This document shows, in pieces, positions 25,067 to 33,771 of a DNA stretch of 64,000 nt. Position 1 is the stretch's first letter. The number at the start of each line of letters is the position of its first letter. This DNA comes from Candidatus Xenobia bacterium. GTDB taxonomy: Bacteria > Vulcanimicrobiota > Xenobia > Xenobiales > QWHO01. The notes below the pieces were generated by a model. The model was not told where the DNA came from, did no database searches, and was given only the letters and a program-made list of their open reading frames with translations. Location: assembly GCA_045863235.1 (NCBI GenBank), contig BTUM01000007.1:76286-140285 (forward strand), read 5' to 3'. Made by a program: the position numbers and the translations under genes.

Positions 25067-27165
25067 CCTCGGCGCCCCCCAGCGCCTTCTTCCAGCTCTC
25101 CGAGCGAATGCGCCACGGCCTGGTCCACCGACTGGGATGGCGCTCCTTGCGTCCGGTGCAAGAGGTCAGCTTCCCGCCCATCCTGGCGGGCGAGAATGTG
25201 CTGGTTCTGGCCCCCACCGCCGGAGGCAAGACCGAGGCTGCCGTTCTGCCTGTGCTGGACCGACTGGGAACCGGGTTGGGCGCCCTGTTTCTCTCTCCTC
25301 TGCGGGCCCTGCTCAACAACCAGGAGCCGCGCCTCAAGGAGCTCGCCTCCCTGGTCGGGCTGGAGGTCTTCAAGTGGCACGGGGACGTTTCCGCCCATCT
25401 CAAGAAGCGGGTACAGGCCCACCTCTTGATGATCACGCCCGAGTCGCTGGAGGTCATCCTGACCTCGGGCCGGGGCGAGATGTTGAGCGAACTTTCCTGC
25501 GTCATCGTGGATGAGATCCACGCTTTCGCTGGAGATGACAGGGGAGACCATCTCCTGTGCCTGCTCGAGCGCCTGCGCGCCTACACTCCCCACGATTTCC
25601 AGCGCATCGGCCTGTCGGCCACGGTGGGAAATCCCGAGACGCTGTGTGAGTGGCTGCAGGGGTCGAGTCAGCGCCCGCGTCGGGTCGTGTCGCCCACGCG
25701 TGAGCCCGGTCGCCGCTTGATCGAGATCCACCCTCATGAGGAGTTCCAGGACCCGATTCGCACCGCGGCCCGTCTGGCCCGGGGCAAGAAGTCGCTCTTC
25801 TTCGCCGAGTCGCGGGGCAAGGTGGAGCGGGTTCGTGGGCAGCTCCAGGAGCTGGGGGTGCAGGCACTGGTGCACCACTCCTCGCTATCGCGCGAGGTGC
25901 GCGAGGCCACCGAGCAGGCCTTTCGCTCCGGCAGTAACTGTGCCATCGTGTGTACCCGCACCCTGGAGCTGGGATTGGACGTCGGGGACCTCGACCTGGT
26001 GCTGCAGCTCGACGCTCCCACTACGGTCTCGGGGTTTCTCCAGCGCCTCGGACGCACCGGGCGGCGCGACGGGGCGCGCGGGCACATGGCTTTCTGCACC
26101 GATGACCGTTGGAGCTTCCTCAGAGCCATCTCCCTGATTTCCCTGGCTGCCAAGGGGGTGGTCGAGCCGGTGCGCCCCTCGCGCTTTTCGCCCCATCTGT
26201 TCGTTCATCAGGTGCTCACCCGGGCGCTCGAGCAGCGCGGTCTCTCGCGCCCGGCCCTGCTGGCCACCCAGGGCTACTGTTTCTCCGACCTGACTGATTT
26301 GCAGCGCGAGCGCATTCTCGACCACCTGCTCGAGATGGACATCCTGGCCCGGGTCGACGGGCGTCTGGTGGTAGGCCGTCAGGGGGAGAAGGAGTTCGGA
26401 CGGGGCTACTTCCGCGAGCTCTACTCGGTCTTCGAGGCCCCTCGCGAGCTGGCCGTGGAAACTCCCGACGGCAAGCGCATCGGGTCGGTGGAATGCTGGT
26501 TTGCCCAGGTGAGCGGCGATAAACCGTTCTGCTTCCTGCTGGCCGGTCGTGCCTGGCGGGCGGTTCGCTGCCTCTGGGAGCGCTCCGTTCTGCTCGTCGA
26601 GCCAGCCGGCCAGGGGGCCATCCCTTCTTGGAGCGGCGAGCTGGTGCTGCTTCATCGGGACCTGTGCCGCGAGATGCGCGCTCACCTCGTGGCCGAGGAG
26701 CCGGTCTTGTTCTTGTCCGACGCCGCTCAGGCGATCCTCGAGCGGCTGCGCTCCGAGTGGCGCCCGCTCCTTTCTCACGCCCCGGTGATCTTGGAGCGCC
26801 GTGACCAGAAAGCGACCCTCTACACCTTTGCCGGGGGGCGCGTCAACAACGTGGTAGCAAGGCTCTACGCTCAGAGGACGGGGCTCGAGGCCCGGGCCGA
26901 CAACCTGCGGGTGCGCTTTGAGATGCCCACGGATGAGGTCTGGTCCGGCCCCATGGAGCGAGTTCTGGAGGAGCTGGCCACGCCCCTCTCGGGCGAGACC
27001 CTGCAGGCCCTCGTGAAAAGCATCCCCCGCGCGCGCGCCTCGAAGTTCCAGCCCTTTTTGCCGCCCGACCTGGAGGCCGCTTTCGTAGCCGGGCGATTGT
27101 TGGACCTGGAGGGAGCCATGAGCCTGGCGGCCGAAGACCTCGGGGTGGTGACCTTCGATGCCTGA
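25063..27165 (+). CDS. Lhr-like superfamily-2 DEAH helicase (BREX BrxHI-like).
   Basis: Motif I LAPTAGGKTEAA, motif II DEIHAF (DExH), motif III SAT (GLSATVGN), motif VI QRLGRTGRR. 700 aa with a C-terminal domain of Lhr-core type. GTG start overlaps the BrxD-like gene stop. Confidence 0.8.
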   Translation: MTSAPPSAFFQLSERMRHGLVHRLGWRSLRPVQEVSFPPILAGENVLVLAPTAGGKTEAAVLPVLDRLGTGLGALFLSPLRALLNNQEPRLKELASLVGLEVFKWHGDVSAHLKKRVQAHLLMITPESLEVILTSGRGEMLSELSCVIVDEIHAFAGDDRGDHLLCLLERLRAYTPHDFQRIGLSATVGNPETLCEWLQGSSQRPRRVVSPTREPGRRLIEIHPHEEFQDPIRTAARLARGKKSLFFAESRGKVERVRGQLQELGVQALVHHSSLSREVREATEQAFRSGSNCAIVCTRTLELGLDVGDLDLVLQLDAPTTVSGFLQRLGRTGRRDGARGHMAFCTDDRWSFLRAISLISLAAKGVVEPVRPSRFSPHLFVHQVLTRALEQRGLSRPALLATQGYCFSDLTDLQRERILDHLLEMDILARVDGRLVVGRQGEKEFGRGYFRELYSVFEAPRELAVETPDGKRIGSVECWFAQVSGDKPFCFLLAGRAWRAVRCLWERSVLLVEPAGQGAIPSWSGELVLLHRDLCREMRAHLVAEEPVLFLSDAAQAILERLRSEWRPLLSHAPVILERRDQKATLYTFAGGRVNNVVARLYAQRTGLEARADNLRVRFEMPTDEVWSGPMERVLEELATPLSGETLQALVKSIPRARASKFQPFLPPDLEAAFVAGRLLDLEGAMSLAAEDLGVVTFDA

Positions 27166-27496
27166 GCCGAAAAAGTTTGCTCTGAGTGCTGATGAGATCC
27201 GTCCTCTGGTTTCGGGGCGGGGCGCCTGTTTTGCCAGCGATCGGATCACCGTGGACGGGAGCCGGGTCGGCTACTGCTATCGAGAAGAGCCCGACAACGA
27301 GGTGGATAGTGGCTGGAGGTTCCTGGCCGGGGATGAGACGGACGCTTACATGGAGGACGTCGCCAATCACGGTGTTTACGACGTGAACACGATTGCCAAC
27401 TACGACCCGGACATCATCGCCCTGCTCGATTCTCCCATCGGCTCGGAGTTTGCGCGGGATCGGGCCAGCGGGGAGTTCCGGACCCTCCCGGGCTAG
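27158..27496 (+). CDS. Small (112 aa) acidic protein, fourth gene of the coupled operon; function unknown (immunity-protein-like DUF).
   Basis: ATG at 27158 overlaps the helicase stop (GATGCCTGA). Acidic, with a DSGWRF motif. No TM segment or signal peptide. Confidence 0.5.
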   Translation: MPEPKKFALSADEIRPLVSGRGACFASDRITVDGSRVGYCYREEPDNEVDSGWRFLAGDETDAYMEDVANHGVYDVNTIANYDPDIIALLDSPIGSEFARDRASGEFRTLPG

Positions 27497-27527
27497 GAGC
27501 GCAGCCGGAAACCCCCTTGACACGACC
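27497..27527. repeat. ~30-bp motif GAGCGCAGCCGGAAACCC(C/A)TTGAC(-/G)ACACG, copy 1, directly after the stop of the 112-aa gene. Copy 2 is at 45968-45999.
   Basis: 20-nt exact match aggagcgcagccggaaaccc plus a conserved TTGAC...ACACG tail. Both copies lie in convergent intergenic regions. Confidence 0.75.
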
Positions 27528-27570
27528 TACTGTGGTGTCCTCTAAACCTCGTCGCTTTGACCGTGCCAGG

Positions 27571-28065
27571 TTAAAGGAGACGGCCGAGCAGGGCGGGCTC
27601 GTCGGAGGGCTTGTGGAAGATCGAGTCGACCTCCAAGACGCCGTAGGTGTCGAAAGCCTTGACATCGTTGGGCCGCCGGGCGCTGTAAAGGATGCCCTCG
27701 ATGTCTTGCTGCTGGAATTCGTCAAGCAGGCGCTCGGCCCGGTCGCTGGTGCAGAAATTGGGATCGCACCCCTCGAGAATGGTATCCAGCAGTTGCTTGC
27801 GGTAGTCGCTGGGAGGTCGCTGGCTCAACAGCTCGAGAAAGTTCAGGCCGTTGATGCGCTCTTGAAGGTCGGCCAGGTCGAGGTCGAAGTCCGAGACGAT
27901 CGCTCGGAGACGCGAGAGCTTACCGTCCTCGTGGGCTGCCAGGAGCGTCTGCAAGGCTTCACAGGGGCTATCCACGACCCGGCAGCGCAGCTTCTTGGAG
28001 CGCAAACGTAAGACAGCGCGCTCGATCAGTTCAGGCTCATTTTCGATCCACAGTACCCAGGCCAT
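27571..28065 (-). CDS. Degenerate (pseudo-)receiver domain protein.
   Basis: CheY-like beta-alpha pattern VLWIENEP...LRCRVVDS...AIVSDFDLD, but the conserved Asp pair is replaced by E-N-E. 164 aa. Convergent with the four-gene operon. Confidence 0.45.
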   Translation of the reverse strand: MAWVLWIENEPELIERAVLRLRSKKLRCRVVDSPCEALQTLLAAHEDGKLSRLRAIVSDFDLDLADLQERINGLNFLELLSQRPPSDYRKQLLDTILEGCDPNFCTSDRAERLLDEFQQQDIEGILYSARRPNDVKAFDTYGVLEVDSIFHKPSDEPALLGRLL

Positions 28066-28104
28066 GACTCCCGGGATATCTACACCTGCCCCGGATCTCC
28101 TGCT

Positions 28105-28548
28105 TCAGACGTTGTGCTCGCTGCGGGCCGACCGTCTCTGGTAGTCGATCTCGGTGAGGATCTCCTCGAACTGAGGGAAAAAAAATTGCTCGATCCGGGC
28201 GAAGGACGTCCCGTCGCTGACCGTGGCCACCATGAAGCTGCCCTTGATCCTCTGGGGCTTGAGCAGGGTGACGTTGCGCCAGCGGATAGCCAGCTCTTGC
28301 TTTCCATTCTCGTAGAGCAGGCAGTCGGGCCGGAGGGTGAATCGCTTGCCGCGGTATGCATTGAAGGCCAGGACGGGCAACAGCAGCAAGAGCAGGGACA
28401 TCCCAATGGGTAGATAGCCTGCGATGAGACGGAGACCGGGCTCATTCAATTGCTTGGGGATTCCAATGTTCAGCTCGTAAACCCCGGCGGCGATCCCCAG
28501 CAGGCTTACCACCACAGCAGCGATGGCAAAGGGCCAGAATCGCTTCAT
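28105..28548 (-). CDS. Small membrane protein with two TM helices and a bacterial PH-like C-terminal domain.
   Basis: MKRFWPFAIAAVVVSLLGIAAGV and LIAGYLPIGMSLLLLLLPVLAF are TM helices. The upstream 200 codons of the longer ORF call overlap the divergent pilin gene and are rejected. Confidence 0.45.
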   Translation of the reverse strand: MKRFWPFAIAAVVVSLLGIAAGVYELNIGIPKQLNEPGLRLIAGYLPIGMSLLLLLLPVLAFNAYRGKRFTLRPDCLLYENGKQELAIRWRNVTLLKPQRIKGSFMVATVSDGTSFARIEQFFFPQFEEILTEIDYQRRSARSEHNV

Positions 28549-28698
28549 GTTGGCCTGATAGACTTTGAATTGAGGTTCCTGCTTCTTCGGAGGCACCAGT
28601 TTTCTTTCGGGGTAATGCCGATGCTTCCCTACCCTAGCTAGCAACAGGATTCGCGTCACCAGAAGAGAAAAAACCTCCAAGTAAGACAGGAGGCCAGG

Positions 28699-29112
28699 AT
28701 GCAAGTTCGCCGCCGGCGAGGGTTCACACTGATCGAGCTCATGATCGTGTTGATGATCTTCGTCATCCTGTTGACCTTGATGATGCCCAGCCTGATCAAG
28801 GCCCGCTACCGGGCCCAGCTGACCGCCTGCATGGATACTGTCAAGCATGTCGCTACCGCTCTCGAGCAGTATTCGGTGGACAACAAGGTCTACCCCATAG
28901 CGCTCGATCCCACCTTCACCAAGGCCTATCTCAATCGCACCAAAGTGGTGTGTCCCAGCTCGCAGCAAGACTATTCCTACCAGGTCGACAATGTGGAGCA
29001 CAGCTTCACCATCTACTGCGGGACGGGCATGCACGAAGTGGCCCTGCCGGGCGTGGTCCTCAGCGGTTACCCCCAATTCTCGCATCATCTCGGCTCGGTG
29101 ATGCTCAAGTAA
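28699..29112 (+). CDS. Prepilin-type (type IV pilin / T2SS pseudopilin) protein.
   Basis: Class-III signal and N-methylation motif RRRGFTLIELMIVLMIFVIL. AGGAGG 6 nt upstream of the ATG. Two hairpins follow the stop. Confidence 0.75.
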   Translation: MQVRRRRGFTLIELMIVLMIFVILLTLMMPSLIKARYRAQLTACMDTVKHVATALEQYSVDNKVYPIALDPTFTKAYLNRTKVVCPSSQQDYSYQVDNVEHSFTIYCGTGMHEVALPGVVLSGYPQFSHHLGSVMLK

Positions 29113-29171
29113 AGTGCAAGGCTTCTGGTCTTGCACTGTGCAGCGCGCCGTCGTCTGATTCAGGGCGGCGC
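29113..29171 (+). terminator. Two consecutive hairpins immediately after the pilin stop codon.
   Basis: agtgcaag-gcttctggt-cttgcact, then gcgcgccg-tcgtctgattcagg-gcggcgc. Confidence 0.4.
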
Positions 29172-29341
29172 TCGTTGAAGTCAGACAATCTGTTGAACGG
29201 CGCCACGCTACAGCCTCAGGTCAAACGCGGGCGTGTAGAAGGCGAGCACATTCGCTCGAGGGGAACTGTTCACCCCTTTTTCACAAAATTCGGGGCCGGC
29301 TCGCTTATGCTCCCGCCAGACAAGCAGGCAGGAGGAACCCC

Positions 29342-30037
29342 GTGCAAGCCGCAGCCCTGGCATTTCGGCCCGCTCTGGCGCTCACCAGCGCGGGCACGCA
29401 GACGTGGAAGAACGGCGTCGTGCACACGGACGGCTCGGCTGATGTGTATGAGCTTCCCAGCCAGACTCCGGGCGTGGCACAGCGCATCGAGGTGCGGCCA
29501 GTCCTGTGGGGCCTGCTGGGCAAAGAGGTGACGGCCACCGATTGTCAGGGCAAGCCGCTGCAGGCAACTCGGGATTGGAGTGGACTGGTGACGCGCGATC
29601 CGCGCTCGGGCCTGGAGACCGTGCTTGACCCGAAGGCCCGGACGATCACCGTTTCAACTCCGATGGTGCGCGAGAAGCTCGAAGACAAGAATAACTTCCA
29701 GCGGGACAGCTATCATCGGGAGGCCCGTCAGGAGGTCGATGACCAGGGCAACTGCCGCTATGTGAGCAATCTGCACGGTGAGAGCGAGGCCGTCATGATC
29801 TCCATGGTGCGCGAGATGCCTCCCAACCAGCGCTGCGTAACCCGTGACAGCAAGAGTTGGGAAGAAACCACGCTGTCTCCGGGTCGAGCGCCGGAGACCC
29901 GGCGGCTGAGCTCGGAGCAGCACACGGGACCGCGTCTTGAAGCAACCCTCTCCAGCTCGCTCTCACTCGATGGCAAGCTGGTCGTGGTGGGCGACGACGG
30001 GGTCACCCGAACCTACGAGATGTTTCTGAAGGTCTGA
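29342..30037 (+). CDS. Hypothetical, probably secreted protein.
   Basis: GTG start with AGGAGG 8 nt upstream. The N-terminus AAALAFRPALALTSAG looks like a signal peptide. No recognisable domain. Confidence 0.4.
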   Translation: MQAAALAFRPALALTSAGTQTWKNGVVHTDGSADVYELPSQTPGVAQRIEVRPVLWGLLGKEVTATDCQGKPLQATRDWSGLVTRDPRSGLETVLDPKARTITVSTPMVREKLEDKNNFQRDSYHREARQEVDDQGNCRYVSNLHGESEAVMISMVREMPPNQRCVTRDSKSWEETTLSPGRAPETRRLSSEQHTGPRLEATLSSSLSLDGKLVVVGDDGVTRTYEMFLKV

Positions 30038-30041
30038 AGCC

Positions 30042-30671
30042 ATGGCAGTGCTCACCCTGATCGCCACCTGCCTGGGAATTTTTTTGTCCATCTTGAACCT
30101 GATCGTCTTCTTGCGCGAAAAAGACCGCAGCTACCTCAAGCTGGCTCTGTCGGTCGTCTTCCTGGGTGGAGCCCTGGTGACCTGTTTGACCCTGCCAGGC
30201 TTTGCGCCCGACCTGGCCCGGCGCTTCGCTCGGCAGCTCCCCGACCACCATCTGGTGCGCCTCTGGCTCTCCCAAGCTGGCTCCGGCGAGCACCCGCCTG
30301 ACGCTTCGCCTCTTCGCGGCTCGTTCACGCCCGAGTTGCAGCACAACCTGTTCGGTGGCATCTCGGGACTCAAGCTCAAGTTTCGTTTTGTCTCCCTGCA
30401 TTCGGTTCGGGCCCGGGTGCTGGGGTACCGCCTCCGGATCGAGCCCGAGCGCGGTCAGGCAGAGTTGAGCTACGAGCGCTTGCTTTCCGAGCCCCTGGTG
30501 GTCGAGCCTCATGAAACGGGTCTGGTCGAAGTTGAAGTGGACCGGGAGATTCTCGAGGCCTACTTCCGACGGATGGATGCGGCCAATCCGGGCAGGATCT
30601 CCATTACCTGGCAGGGGGCCGACGAGCGAGGTCAGAGCTTCGACTTTTCCGCCGAAGGCGGTACGACTTGA
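30042..30671 (+). CDS. Hypothetical membrane protein (two N-terminal TM helices).
   Basis: MAVLTLIATCLGIFLSILNLIVFL and LALSVVFLGGALVTCLTL are TM helices. Start lies 5 nt after the previous stop. Confidence 0.45.
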   Translation: MAVLTLIATCLGIFLSILNLIVFLREKDRSYLKLALSVVFLGGALVTCLTLPGFAPDLARRFARQLPDHHLVRLWLSQAGSGEHPPDASPLRGSFTPELQHNLFGGISGLKLKFRFVSLHSVRARVLGYRLRIEPERGQAELSYERLLSEPLVVEPHETGLVEVEVDREILEAYFRRMDAANPGRISITWQGADERGQSFDFSAEGGTT

Positions 30672-30749
30672 GGCCGCGCGTTGATCTTCAGCAGTAGGCA
30701 ATGAGCGCTCAAGGCCGGGCGAGCCTGCTGCTCGGCTCCCTGGTGAGGC

Positions 30750-31313
30750 TCAGACGTTGAGTTGTTCCATGTAGACCATTCGCTTGCGTTGCTCGCGAAC
30801 CAGGCCCCAGATCGTCTCCTTCATCTTCTCCGGGTGGGGGATTCCCCGCATGGCCAGGTCGGGCTCGGTCTTGTCGGTGCTGATCAGGTGCAGATCGCCC
30901 ACCTTGAAGAGCCGGTTCCAAAAGGTCTGGTTGAAGTTGATGTCCTCGACCCTGACCAGCTTGAGGTCCTCGGAACTGCGGCCGAAGACGCCTGAAGTCA
31001 CCGTCAAGCGCTCGCTGGTCAGCCGATAGTGTCGGTTGGCCTTGCGATACCAGGCCACCCCAAGAAAGATCACAATCGGGACCACGAGCAGGAACCCGAT
31101 GAACCACCACAGATTCAAGAGCGAGCTGGCGGCGCAGGTTCCCTCCCAGACCAGGCGCTCGGGCTCATCGGTGGGGGCCGGAGCGTGCGCTTGCATGGAC
31201 TTGCCGCAATGGTTGCAGAACTGCGAGCCGTCGGGGTTATCCTTCAGACAGGCGGGGCAGTTCAAGCTAACTTCCCATGCTGCGCCACTGGTCGATCCAG
31301 TTCTGCAGCCCAT
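30750..31313 (-). CDS. Zinc-ribbon plus bacterial PH (YdbS/bPH_2-like) domain membrane protein.
   Basis: CPACLKD...CNHCGK zinc ribbon, TM helix LLNLWWFIGFLLVVPIVIFLGVAW, then a bPH_2-like region (YRLTSERLTVTSGVFGRSSEDLKLVRVEDI). The start may be internal because it overlaps the upstream gene by 46 nt. Confidence 0.5.
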   Translation of the reverse strand: MGCRTGSTSGAAWEVSLNCPACLKDNPDGSQFCNHCGKSMQAHAPAPTDEPERLVWEGTCAASSLLNLWWFIGFLLVVPIVIFLGVAWYRKANRHYRLTSERLTVTSGVFGRSSEDLKLVRVEDINFNQTFWNRLFKVGDLHLISTDKTEPDLAMRGIPHPEKMKETIWGLVREQRKRMVYMEQLNV

Positions 31314-33771
31314 CGATCACGGCCGGATTGGCGTTCAGGAGGGCTCGATAGAGATCCTGGCCGGACTGGAGCAGGGGCTCGAGGTTGGGGTAGCTCTTGC
31401 AGGCCTCTTCGAGCACTCCGAGCGAGTAGTAAAGCTCTTCCGCCAGAGGCTCGGCGTGGGCCCGGCTGGGCTGGCGGCGAAGCCGGTCGAGCTTTTGCTC
31501 CACTCCGTCCAGCCGCTCCAGGAACTGCTGGCGAAGGTTCTTCGGTTCGACCGCGCCGGAGACTGTGGTGCGGCCAGGCACGTGCCCGACGGCTGCCGCC
31601 TCGGCTCCAAACGTCCAGACGGACTCGAAGGCCGGGTCGATCTCGCCCGTCACGCGAGTCATGCTGTCGTCTTGAATCAGCCGCCGGACCTCCGGGGTCT
31701 CCTTGTTGATGGAGTCGAGCTTGTCTTTGTGCTTGTCGCGGATCTTGGCGGCCTGCTCGCCCTCGATCTTGGCTCGATCGCTTCCAGGAGGCTTCTGGCG
31801 AGTAAACTGAGCTTTGGCACCCTCGGCAATCTTCTTGGCGCCGCCCTGGCTCTTGGCTGTCAAGCGATTGGAAGTATTCACCCCGGTTTTGGCGGTCAGG
31901 CCCCGATCTCTACGCACTTCCAGGGGCTTGGGCGCCGGGGGAGCCGGAGCGGGCTCGGCCGGAGGCTTGTTCTCCAGCGGTGGGAGCGGCGGCAGTTTGG
32001 CAGTCTCCACTGCGGGTTGCGCGGGTTGCTTCGCCGGCGCTGGTGGGTCGGCCAGTGCTTGTGAGGACGCAGCCGCCGGACCAGTTCCATCTGCCAGCAC
32101 GTGAAGGTGGGCCACGTTTTGCAGATCGAGCAGCACCAGGGCGGTGGCCAGGCTGAGGACGCCGCTCTGGACGGAAAGCTCACTGAGCTCCTGGGTCAAC
32201 CCCGCCTGGTCGGATGGGCCGGCAAGCTGACGCTGCTCTTCCAGTTGAGCCAGGCGCAGGCGGGCCCAACCCGCTGCCAGAGCCGGGTTCTTGCTGGGGA
32301 AGGGAGCGATCTTGGCGGTGCGGACGGCGGTCTCGTGCGGGAGTTTGAGCTGCAGGGCCAGGGCACCCTGGCCCGTCTTGCGGCCTGCTGCCGAGACCGG
32401 TCGCTGGGCCAGGAGGTCGCTCAGCTGGGTCGGAACCAGAGAGTCGGGCAGAAGACCCAGCCCCTGGTCCTGGAGCTCGAGCTCGAAGGCGACCGGTTGG
32501 CGAAGACTGCCGATCAGACGCTCGACCGCGTCCTTCAGTTGCTCGGCCTGGACCTGGAAGGCGTGACCGCGGCACTGATCGGAGAGTCGACTGAGAACGA
32601 CCTGGTTTTCGCGCGAAAGGCTGAACGCATAGAGCCGCCCGGGCAGGGGACGAGTCCGGGCGGCTTTGATGAGCTCACCACCCTGGGGCAGGCTCGATGC
32701 GGTGATGAGCACGAGCCAGAGGGTCCGGCCCGTACCAGGCACCGCTCGCAGTTGCTCGAGCACCTTGGGCAGATCGGCCGTCCCGGCAGGAGCCAGGGTC
32801 TTCAGCCACTCGAGCGCGGCCGGGCGCTCGGCCGGTCCGGTCAAACGCCCGCCGGATGGCCCGGCAAGTTGCTCGTTGTAGGCCCAGATGGCAAATCGGT
32901 CACGCTCACCCAGCATTCCCAGGGCCTGGGTCAGGGCCTGGCGAGCCCCATCGAGGTTGGCCCCGGCCATAGCCTGAGAGCGGTCGAGCAGGAACACCAC
33001 GTCCACCCCGGCAGGGCTGGGGACGGTGTTCTTGGGGGGCAGAATCCCGACGTGGAAATGCTGATCGCCGGCAAAGAGCTGAACCCTGGGTTGCTCGGCT
33101 CCCAGCCGAAAGCGGAGGGTGAAGTCGCGAGGCTTCAGCTCCGCCGGGCGGGCCAGCTCGATGCGCAGGTCCCCCCTCTGGCTCGATTGAGTGGCGGTGG
33201 GCTGGCTGGCTGCCAGCCGAGCCGGTGGCACCCCGGCCGTTTCGAGCACGGTCACCATCTGAAAGTTGGCCGGCACGTTCCCGGCCTGGTCCAGCAAAGG
33301 AAAATGGAACACCAGGTCGCCGCCGGCTTGCGGCTCGAGGGCCTCGACATAGGCCAGATTGATGGCGACCTCGGAACCGGGGGGGACAGCTCCCAGATTA
33401 ATCTGGAGGGTAGCGACCGATTGCTCGGTGAGAGTGGCTGGTTGGCCCTTGGCCAGCACGGCCTGATAGGCCTGCATGGCCCGCCCCCGGTCCTGCAGCC
33501 GTCCTTCCAGGACTTTGCCGGCAACCTGAGCCCGGAAACGGCTCAGCCTGGCCCCGAGGGGAAAAGCGAGCTGGTAGGTCAGCGGGGTTGTTCCGGACCC
33601 GGCCGTATAGCGCGCCGTGCTCTCCACCCAGGCCAGCGACCCGGAGATCCAGACCCGAACGGATGCGTCCAGAAGTTGCCCGCCCGAGAGCATGCCAGGG
33701 CCAAGACCCCGCGAAATCGAGGGGCACTCGGCATCGCCAAGTAGCTCCAGGGCCCGGGCAGCTGCCTCCAT
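31267..33771 (-). CDS. VIT (vault protein inter-alpha-trypsin) plus von Willebrand factor A domain protein with a low-complexity, coiled C-terminal tail.
   Basis: N-terminal VIT-like region. vWA MIDAS motif VVFLLDRSQAM (DxSxS). Pro/Ala/Lys-rich C-terminal 350 aa. 834 aa. Confidence 0.7.
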   Translation of the reverse strand: MEAAARALELLGDAECPSISRGLGPGMLSGGQLLDASVRVWISGSLAWVESTARYTAGSGTTPLTYQLAFPLGARLSRFRAQVAGKVLEGRLQDRGRAMQAYQAVLAKGQPATLTEQSVATLQINLGAVPPGSEVAINLAYVEALEPQAGGDLVFHFPLLDQAGNVPANFQMVTVLETAGVPPARLAASQPTATQSSQRGDLRIELARPAELKPRDFTLRFRLGAEQPRVQLFAGDQHFHVGILPPKNTVPSPAGVDVVFLLDRSQAMAGANLDGARQALTQALGMLGERDRFAIWAYNEQLAGPSGGRLTGPAERPAALEWLKTLAPAGTADLPKVLEQLRAVPGTGRTLWLVLITASSLPQGGELIKAARTRPLPGRLYAFSLSRENQVVLSRLSDQCRGHAFQVQAEQLKDAVERLIGSLRQPVAFELELQDQGLGLLPDSLVPTQLSDLLAQRPVSAAGRKTGQGALALQLKLPHETAVRTAKIAPFPSKNPALAAGWARLRLAQLEEQRQLAGPSDQAGLTQELSELSVQSGVLSLATALVLLDLQNVAHLHVLADGTGPAAASSQALADPPAPAKQPAQPAVETAKLPPLPPLENKPPAEPAPAPPAPKPLEVRRDRGLTAKTGVNTSNRLTAKSQGGAKKIAEGAKAQFTRQKPPGSDRAKIEGEQAAKIRDKHKDKLDSINKETPEVRRLIQDDSMTRVTGEIDPAFESVWTFGAEAAAVGHVPGRTTVSGAVEPKNLRQQFLERLDGVEQKLDRLRRQPSRAHAEPLAEELYYSLGVLEEACKSYPNLEPLLQSGQDLYRALLNANPAVIDGLQNWIDQWRSMGS

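Noticed and set aside
25885-27249. 454-aa minus-strand ORF antisense to the Lhr-like helicase (also 23723-24466 and 24973-25878 antisense to the ATPase/helicase)
   Set aside because: The helicase and ATPase motifs on the plus strand are unambiguous. These are GC-artefact ORFs.
22035-27496. Calling the operon a canonical BREX (type 2) system
   Set aside because: Only the BrxD-like and BrxHI-like components are present. PglX methyltransferase, PglZ, BrxC/PglY and PglW are absent from the whole window, so a BREX label is not supportable.
28549-29136. Upstream 196 codons of the 343-aa minus-strand ORF 28105-29136
   Set aside because: They overlap the well-supported plus-strand prepilin gene (RRRGFTLIELM) and its SD. 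The credible gene starts at MKRFWPF (28548).
32101-33744. 547-aa plus-strand ORF antisense to the VIT-vWA gene
   Set aside because: No motifs. It overlaps the entire vWA/MIDAS-containing gene on the other strand.
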